Positions 58,182 through 64,000 of a stretch of 64,000 nt of DNA are shown here, piece by piece (position 1 is the stretch's first letter; every line of letters starts with the position of its first letter). Under the pieces are notes generated by a model. That model was given only the letters and a program-made list of their open reading frames with translations. It was not told the DNA's origin and did not search any database. The DNA is from an uncultured bacterium (GTDB lineage: Bacteria > Zixibacteria > MSB-5A5 > GN15 > FEB-12), in NCBI GenBank assembly GCA_965372795.1, contig CBDVDR010000002.1:224001-288000 (forward strand). Direction: 5' to 3'. Both the position numbers and the translations under genes were made by a program.

Positions 58182-58517
58182 TTAAAAAGATTTTATGGCA
58201 TTTTCTATCGTATCATGAGTTTCAAAAACCTTATTAAGTTTCGTAATTGTCAAAAGTGATTGGATTTTATCTGTTACGTTGGCTAATTTCAATTCACCTG
58301 AATTATTTTTCAAGGTTGTATAACTTGAAATAAGAATACCAAGTCCGGTAGAGTTCATCCATTCCACTTTTCCCAAATCGATAATAATTTTAGTCATATC
58401 TCTTTCGATATATTCATGAAGTTTATCATGAAGTAGGGTGGCATCAGGTCCGCCCATTATCTTGCCTTTTGGCTCAAGAATGACAATTCCATCCTGTTCC
58501 CGGTCGGTTAATCTCAT
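58182..58517 (-). CDS. RsbV/SpoIIAA-type anti-anti-sigma factor (STAS)
   Basis: IIDLGKVEWMNSTGLG with phospho-acceptor Ser; LL.ITKL..VF. Confidence 0.92.
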   Translation of the reverse strand: MRLTDREQDGIVILEPKGKIMGGPDATLLHDKLHEYIERDMTKIIIDLGKVEWMNSTGLGILISSYTTLKNNSGELKLANVTDKIQSLLTITKLNKVFETHDTIENAIKSF

Positions 58518-58683
58518 ATTTTGTTAAACCTCCACAAGGTTGTGATATTAGTTATTACGTCTATTATACATAACTGTTCCCGAGTAAATTTGGATCACTA
58601 TTAAGTTAATAAAATAACTCAATAGAATTCAATATTTAATACGACTTATTTACCTAAGTTGTTAATTAGCTTAATATTGGGAT

Positions 58684-58710
58684 AAGTGTCAAGTTTTTTC
58701 CTTGACACTT
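58684..58710. repeat. Perfect 10-bp inverted repeat AAGTGTCAAG-N7-CTTGACACTT
   Basis: Intergenic; each arm contains a TTGACA pointing outward. Confidence 0.7.
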
Positions 58711-58748
58711 TAGGCTCTAAAATTGAATGGATTTATTTGTCTGATTTA

Positions 58749-59186
58749 TTAAATTGCAATCTTGTTGGTCTTGCCATCGATTGGTTTATACTGTAAGGCT
58801 TTTGTCGGACAGAAATGAGCACAAACCGGATCACCCCCACAAAGGTCACATTTGACCACTTGTTCATTTTGATCATCAATAATTGAGCAGCCAAACGGAC
58901 AAGCCGCCACGCAAGCCATGCAATTAACACACATTTCTCTGTTTAATTCGATTGCGCCTGTAACTGGATTCCGCTTAAGGGCATTTACCAAACATGATTT
59001 CACACAGGCAGCATCATCGCATTGCAAGCAGGTTACTGGCACCCATAATTCTTTGTGACCGGTTTCAAGCGGATAGATACGGCTTTTGCCGGGTTTGCCG
59101 TTTTCTGAGTGAGTAAAGGCACAGGCTAATTCACAAGTTCGGCAACCGGTGCAAACATCAGGATTTATTATAAAACTGGCTTTCAT
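58749..59186 (-). CDS. 4x[4Fe-4S] electron-transfer subunit (CooF/HydN/AorA-like)
   Basis: CTGCRTCELAC, CLQC..AACVKSC, CVNCMACVAACP, KCDLCGGDP.C..FCP; start moved to ATG 59186. Confidence 0.9.
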   Translation of the reverse strand: MKASFIINPDVCTGCRTCELACAFTHSENGKPGKSRIYPLETGHKELWVPVTCLQCDDAACVKSCLVNALKRNPVTGAIELNREMCVNCMACVAACPFGCSIIDDQNEQVVKCDLCGGDPVCAHFCPTKALQYKPIDGKTNKIAI

Positions 59187-59959
59187 GATCTTGCCTCTCT
59201 TGTCCATACGGCTATTTTCCCCATATCTTTTGCTGTCTGTTTTCGGTGACAGTCATCACAAACTTCAAAATATTCAGCCGGAATATCTCTGTTTTTTGCC
59301 AGATAGTCGGCAAATTCTTTGGTAATCGTTTTCTTCCCGCAGGTTTTACAAACAATTAGTTCGAATTTCTTATTCCAAATAATTCGAGAATCACCTTTGT
59401 CTTCAAATTCAATAAAATTTGTCGGGCAATTTAAAGCACAGCTCAAACATCCGGTGCAATCAGGAGGAGCCTCATTAAGGGGAGGGGCAACCGTTTTCCC
59501 ATGACCACGACCAACCAGTGAGATAGCATGAAAGCCCATTTGATCACATATTCGTGTACAAATTCCACATAAAGTACAATTATCACCATCGGGAATAGTT
59601 TCGAAACTTGTTTCTGTAACGCCGTACTCTTCAGCCAGTTCTTTGATCTCAGGCGAATTCGGATGACGGGCAACGTACAGATCGAGAATCGTCTTGCGCA
59701 TCTGATTGACTTTAGGCGTATGAGTGCTGACAATTAAATCAGCTTCAACGGGGTAGAGGCATGAAGTTACATGTTTTGTCCAGCCATCCCAGTCTTTTTT
59801 TGTGATCTCGACCATGCAAAGACGGCAGGCTCCGTATGGTTCCACAGCGTCATGCTGACAAAGAGCAGGAACATCAATGCCTTCTCTTCTGAGAACCTTG
59901 AGAAGCATCTCGCCTTCTTCGGCGTGAAAAATCTTACCATTTATAGTTATTCGAACCAT
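59183..59959 (-). CDS. HydA/NuoG N-terminal-like Fe-S subunit (BfuA-like), no catalytic domain
   Basis: [2Fe-2S] PALC, GACRLC, TSC; two [4Fe-4S] CTLCGIC, CTGCLSC; extra CKTC..CDDC; no H-cluster motifs. Confidence 0.85.
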   Translation of the reverse strand: MVRITINGKIFHAEEGEMLLKVLRREGIDVPALCQHDAVEPYGACRLCMVEITKKDWDGWTKHVTSCLYPVEADLIVSTHTPKVNQMRKTILDLYVARHPNSPEIKELAEEYGVTETSFETIPDGDNCTLCGICTRICDQMGFHAISLVGRGHGKTVAPPLNEAPPDCTGCLSCALNCPTNFIEFEDKGDSRIIWNKKFELIVCKTCGKKTITKEFADYLAKNRDIPAEYFEVCDDCHRKQTAKDMGKIAVWTREARS

Positions 59960-59968
59960 TCAAAACTC

Positions 59969-61822
59969 CTAATTAATTTCGATCGCATCAAAGTTGCAAA
60001 CCGCAAAACAAGCTCCGCATTGAGTACATAAATTCTGATCTATGACATGCAGTTCTTTTTTATTACCGGTAATCGCATCAACAGCACAGACCGGTTTACA
60101 AGCGGTACAGCCATTACAATTATCCAAGATTTCATAAGTTACCAAATCCCGACAAACACCAGCCGGGCATTTTTTATCTTTTATATGAGTAAGATATTCA
60201 TCTTTGAAATAGCGAAGAGTACTCATAATAGGGTTCGGACCGGATTTACCTAAGCCACACAATGATCCAAGAATTATATTTTCAGAGAGTTGTTCAATTT
60301 TATCCAAATCTTCAACTTCGCCGCGACCTTCACAAATTTTGGTCGTTAATTTCAACAGTTGGAACAAACCTTCACGACAGGGAACACATTTACCGCATGA
60401 TTCCGAAACTAAAAATTCCAGAAAATATTTAGCGACATCAACCATACAGGTACGGTCGTCAAGTACAATCATGCCACCGGAACCCATCATTGAGCCGGCA
60501 TCGGTCAATGTATCAAAATCTACCGGTAAATCTAATTTGTCAGCCGGAAGACAGCCACCCGATGGTCCACCGGTTTGCACCGCTTTGAACGGACGACCAT
60601 CTATTATGCCGCCACCTATATCATAAATTATTTCACGCAAAGTGATACCCATTGGAACTTCAATCAAACCGGTATTTCTAACTTTCCCTACTAATGAAAA
60701 TACTTTTGTGCCGCTGCTTTTAGGAGTACCTATTTTTTTATACCAGTCAGCCCCTTTGTCAATTATTATGGGGACATTAACCAAAGTTTCAACATTATTC
60801 AAAACAGTTGGTTGGTCATAAAGACCTTTGACTACTGATCTGACATATTTAGCTCTTGGTTCACCTATTTCACCGGCAACCGATTTCATCAGAGCCGAAG
60901 ATTCACCACAAACAAAAGCTCCGGCGCCTCGGGCAATCTTGATTGAAAATGAAAAAGCAGTTTTTAAGATATTGTCGCCTAACAAGCCAAATTTCTCACA
61001 ATCAATTATGGCTTTTTCAAGGTGGGTTACTGCCAGAGGGTATTCCTCTCTTACATAAATATAACCTTGTTTGGCACCGATAGCATAAGCAGCAATCATC
61101 ATACCTTCTAAAACAGCATGCGGATCACCTTCCATAATACTCCGGTCCATGAATGCCCCGGGATCGCCTTCGTCACCATTACAAATCACATAATGTGATT
61201 CAGCTTCAATATCTTTACAAATTTTCCATTTTCTGCCGGCCGAGAAACCACCGCCGCCTCTTCCACGCAATCCGGAATCGGTGATCTCTTTAACAACTTC
61301 GTCCTGAGACATTTTGGTGAGAGCTTTAGTCAGTCCTTTATAGCCACCGACGGCTATATATTCTTCAATGCTATGAGCAGATATTTTACCGAGATTTTTC
61401 AATGCGATACGTTTTTGATGTTTGAAAAAAGAAATGTCGTTGTAGTTGGCTATTTTTTCATTGTTAACCGGATTGGTGAAAAGTAATTTTTCAATGATTT
61501 CATCTTTTTTGATCGATTTTTCAATGATTTCTTCAATATCTTTAGTTTTTACTTTAGAATAAAAAGTTCCTTCCGGTTCAATAACAACCAGTGGACCTTG
61601 CTCGCAGAAACCATGGCAACCGGTTTCTTTAAGAGCTTCAACAGTAAATCCTTTAATCTTATGCTTTTTCAAGTTATCCCGGAAACTATCAACCAGATTT
61701 AACGCACCATTGGCAATGCATCCGGTACCACAACACACCATAATTTTTTTGGGAAATTGGTCTTGTTGGGTGAGATACTCTTTCCGCCTTTTATTCAATT
61801 CTTTAGGATTAGCAATATACAT
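59969..61822 (-). CDS. HydB/BfuB-like NAD(P)H-binding flavin Fe-S subunit
   Basis: N-terminal thioredoxin-like [2Fe-2S] (CCGTGC, GCHGFC), GLRGRGG, DEGDPGAFMDR, GGPSGG, ESCGKC.PCREG, H..KKCPAGVC, C-terminal 2x[4Fe-4S]. Confidence 0.92.
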   Translation of the reverse strand: MYIANPKELNKRRKEYLTQQDQFPKKIMVCCGTGCIANGALNLVDSFRDNLKKHKIKGFTVEALKETGCHGFCEQGPLVVIEPEGTFYSKVKTKDIEEIIEKSIKKDEIIEKLLFTNPVNNEKIANYNDISFFKHQKRIALKNLGKISAHSIEEYIAVGGYKGLTKALTKMSQDEVVKEITDSGLRGRGGGGFSAGRKWKICKDIEAESHYVICNGDEGDPGAFMDRSIMEGDPHAVLEGMMIAAYAIGAKQGYIYVREEYPLAVTHLEKAIIDCEKFGLLGDNILKTAFSFSIKIARGAGAFVCGESSALMKSVAGEIGEPRAKYVRSVVKGLYDQPTVLNNVETLVNVPIIIDKGADWYKKIGTPKSSGTKVFSLVGKVRNTGLIEVPMGITLREIIYDIGGGIIDGRPFKAVQTGGPSGGCLPADKLDLPVDFDTLTDAGSMMGSGGMIVLDDRTCMVDVAKYFLEFLVSESCGKCVPCREGLFQLLKLTTKICEGRGEVEDLDKIEQLSENIILGSLCGLGKSGPNPIMSTLRYFKDEYLTHIKDKKCPAGVCRDLVTYEILDNCNGCTACKPVCAVDAITGNKKELHVIDQNLCTQCGACFAVCNFDAIEIN

Positions 61823-61823
61823 A

Positions 61824-62279
61824 CTATTTAGCCCTTAATAGTTTCTTAACATTACTGACTTTAACCGACCCATGATATTTTTCATTGGTCATAACCACCG
61901 GCGCCATAGCGCAAGCTCCTACACAGGCAACCACTTCGATTGTATATTTTTTATCTTCGCTTGTTTCACCTGCTTTTATCTTGAGGGTAGATTCTAATTG
62001 ATCCTGAATAAGTTTAGCTCCTCGAATATGACAGGCGGTGCCGATACAGATTTTAATAACTGTCTCGCCACGTTCGTTTAAACTGAAAGAATTATAAAAA
62101 GTGGAGATTGAAAAAACTTTACTCAATGGAATATCGAGTACTTTTGATGTTTCCGTTAGAGCTTCACAGGGGAGATACTGATATTCTTTTTGAATATCCT
62201 GAAGAATCGCAATTAAAGATTCCTGTGATTTGGGATAACGGTCAAAAATTTCAGGGAGTTTACTGAAATCGTGGTTCAT
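61824..62279 (-). CDS. HydC/BfuC (NuoE-like) [2Fe-2S] subunit
   Basis: STFYNSF, CIGTACH, CVGACAMAP. Confidence 0.92.
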   Translation of the reverse strand: MNHDFSKLPEIFDRYPKSQESLIAILQDIQKEYQYLPCEALTETSKVLDIPLSKVFSISTFYNSFSLNERGETVIKICIGTACHIRGAKLIQDQLESTLKIKAGETSEDKKYTIEVVACVGACAMAPVVMTNEKYHGSVKVSNVKKLLRAK

Positions 62280-62842
62280 ACTTTTTCCTTCTGAGCCAAT
62301 GCCTTCTGAGCAAATTTATATCCATCTTTAAAAACAGTAAGGTTCATTTTTAAGAATTCTTCTTTATTCCCTAATTTTTCTTTAATCGTTTTAATCATTG
62401 TCTCCTGCTTAACAATTTTATATGCAAAAGTAAACGCACCCAGAACGGCAAGGTTCGAAGCTTTGGGGTTGCCCTCTTTTAAAGCCATCTCATTTGCAGG
62501 AATCACGATTTGAGTGATGTCATCCCGTTCTGACTTAACATTGATAAGCGAACCATTTATAATCAAAGTTCCACCCGGTTTTACTTTTGATTCAAATTTA
62601 TCAAACGAAGGACGATTAAAAACACATATACACTGCGGATTATTAATAATCGGCGATCCGATTAATGCATCAGAAATTACAACCGTACAATAAGCGGTAC
62701 CGCCACGCATCTCAGGACCATAAGACGGAATCCAGGCAACCTGTTTACCTTCTTTAATTCCGGCGTAGGCGAGAAGCTGTCCGGCTGTCATTATCCCTTG
62801 TCCGCCGAATCCGGCGAATGTTACCTCAAGCTGACTCACCAT
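62276..62842 (-). CDS. 2-oxoacid:ferredoxin oxidoreductase gamma subunit
   Basis: AGFGGQG, PSYGPEMRGG; start moved to ATG 62842 after GGAGG. Confidence 0.93.
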   Translation of the reverse strand: MVSQLEVTFAGFGGQGIMTAGQLLAYAGIKEGKQVAWIPSYGPEMRGGTAYCTVVISDALIGSPIINNPQCICVFNRPSFDKFESKVKPGGTLIINGSLINVKSERDDITQIVIPANEMALKEGNPKASNLAVLGAFTFAYKIVKQETMIKTIKEKLGNKEEFLKMNLTVFKDGYKFAQKALAQKEKV

Positions 62843-63602
62843 TGACCTCCGTATCATCCGGTTTTTTAAATAATTTTAGCGGGAAGAATTTTAAGAGATT
62901 CTTCTCAAGCCACGCTGTTGATTCGTTGGGCGATAAGCCCCAGTTGGTCGGGCAAGTCGAAATAACTTCTACTAATGAAAAACAGCGACCTTCCTGCTGG
63001 TAAGTAAAAGCTCTTTTGATTGCTTTTTTTGCTTTAATAATATGTTGCGGGTCATGGACTGAAACTCTTTCAATGTAAGCATCAGTGCCTAAGGTGGCCA
63101 GCATCTCAGACATCCGTAATGGTTGTCCGGTTGAAACCGAATCACGCCCGGTTGGACAGGTTGTTGTTATCTGTCCGGGAAGGGTTGTCGGTGATTGCTG
63201 TCCGCCGGTCATGCCGTAAATCGCATTATTAACAAAAATTGTTGTAAATTTTTCACCCCGGTTGGCAGCATGAATTATTTCACTGGTGCCTATTGAAGCT
63301 AAATCACCGTCACCCTGATAAGTAAACACAGTCATGTCCGGGTTTAACCGTTTAAATCCGGTTGCCAGAGCAGGGGCGCGTCCATGAGGGGCTTCTAAGA
63401 AATCGCAGTTAAAATAATTATAAGCCAGAACCGAACATCCAACCGGTGCAACTCCGACTGTATTCTCACGGACGCCTAATTCATCAAGTGTCTCAGCCAC
63501 CATGCGATGAATTGTTCCATGAGTACATCCGGGGCAATAGTGAGTGACGTTTTCAGTCATCGACTCCGGTCGGGCAAAAATTGTATCTGTGTTATTTGCC
63601 AT
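62826..63602 (-). CDS. 2-oxoacid:ferredoxin oxidoreductase beta (TPP) subunit, Vor-like
   Basis: HYCPGCTHG, PVGC, HGRA, YQGDGD, YGMTGGQ, CPTNW. Confidence 0.93.
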   Translation of the reverse strand: MANNTDTIFARPESMTENVTHYCPGCTHGTIHRMVAETLDELGVRENTVGVAPVGCSVLAYNYFNCDFLEAPHGRAPALATGFKRLNPDMTVFTYQGDGDLASIGTSEIIHAANRGEKFTTIFVNNAIYGMTGGQQSPTTLPGQITTTCPTGRDSVSTGQPLRMSEMLATLGTDAYIERVSVHDPQHIIKAKKAIKRAFTYQQEGRCFSLVEVISTCPTNWGLSPNESTAWLEKNLLKFFPLKLFKKPDDTEVNGESA

Positions 63603-63610
63603 AAATTGCC

Positions 63611-64000
63611 TCAGTTTTTCTTTCCGGTTTTTTTGGATGATTTATTATTTTTAACAAGCTTGTATATTTGTTCCTTAACTTCTTCAGGTGCCGGAACGAT
63701 TCCACCGGTACGGCCAAAGAAGGAATGAGGTTTGGTATCTTTGTTCGTCAACTCAACATCTTCAAACATCTGAGCCGTACTCATCTCAATTGTCAAGATT
63801 GCTTTAATGTTACTTTTCTTAATCTCTTTGATCAAACCCTTCTCAGGATATGGGAACAAAGTAACCGGACGGAAGAGACCGACCGAAATGCCTTCATCGT
63901 TTAATTCATCAATCGCAGTTTGGCAGATTCGTGCCATTGTCCCGTAAGCAATGATTAAAACTTTATTTTTAGGAGATATATTATACAATTCTTGGCGACA
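63611..64000 (-). CDS. 2-oxoacid:ferredoxin oxidoreductase alpha subunit, C-terminal fragment (runs off the window)
   Basis: IAYGTMARI, LFRPVTLFPYP, IEMS..QM.EDV, GRTGG; frame open to the window edge. Confidence 0.88.
   Translation of the reverse strand, partial: CRQELYNISPKNKVLIIAYGTMARICQTAIDELNDEGISVGLFRPVTLFPYPEKGLIKEIKKSNIKAILTIEMSTAQMFEDVELTNKDTKPHSFFGRTGGIVPAPEEVKEQIYKLVKNNKSSKKTGKKN

Noticed and set aside
58749..62279. Calling the HydABC-like genes an [FeFe]-hydrogenase or second complex I
   Set aside because: No H-cluster motifs and no membrane subunits alongside
973..63904. Many 60-150 aa ORFs antisense to or nested in long genes (e.g. 12987..13391, 19616..20074, 31462..31899, 46289..46726)
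   Set aside because: Shadow ORFs of well-supported genes with no recognisable motifs
1..64000. CRISPR arrays, tRNA/rRNA, IS elements, prophage, defence systems
   Set aside because: Intergenic gaps are short (about 270 bp or less) with no periodic repeats or cloverleafs seen; no transposase, integrase, phage or defence-like ORFs recognised

Overview
Gene-dense, AT-rich chromosomal core region of an anaerobic or facultative diderm bacterium. A secreted S8 protease with a twin dockerin-like tail and a protease with a FlgD/T9SS-like C-terminal domain point to candidate phylum Zixibacteria or an FCB relative (inference). In order, the window holds: an Rrf2 regulator and mntP; an amino-acid fermentation operon iorA-iorB-buk-ptb-ptb behind a Rex-like operator; a long mixed operon (manC, SPOR lipoprotein, tsaC, LMW phosphatase, DUF3108, DHS-like protein, ftcD, PHP, secreted metalloprotease, ECF S-component, outer-membrane barrel, HD, MFS, PHP); a complete nuoA-N operon; S8 protease, purF, a DAO-family oxidoreductase and a ClC channel; a signalling cluster (RsbV/RsbW/RsbU-like, NUDIX, NtrY/NtrX-like pair, then sigma54-driven Omp85-like and DUF4390 genes); and a 2-oxoacid:ferredoxin oxidoreductase operon joined to a HydABC/Bfu-type module lacking an H-cluster. 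Best leads: (1) a glutaredoxin-like selenoprotein between nuoM and nuoN (CPYC...GGG-UGA-GF-stop plus SECIS-like hairpin), truncated in the ORF track; (2) a 135-aa 'hypothetical' just upstream of nuoA matching the motifs of the eukaryotic phosphohistidine phosphatase PHPT1/Janus; (3) the OFOR-Bfu module; (4) two Ptb paralogues with complementary motif loss. No rRNA, tRNA, CRISPR array or mobile element was recognised. All calls come from motif reading by eye; no searches were run.
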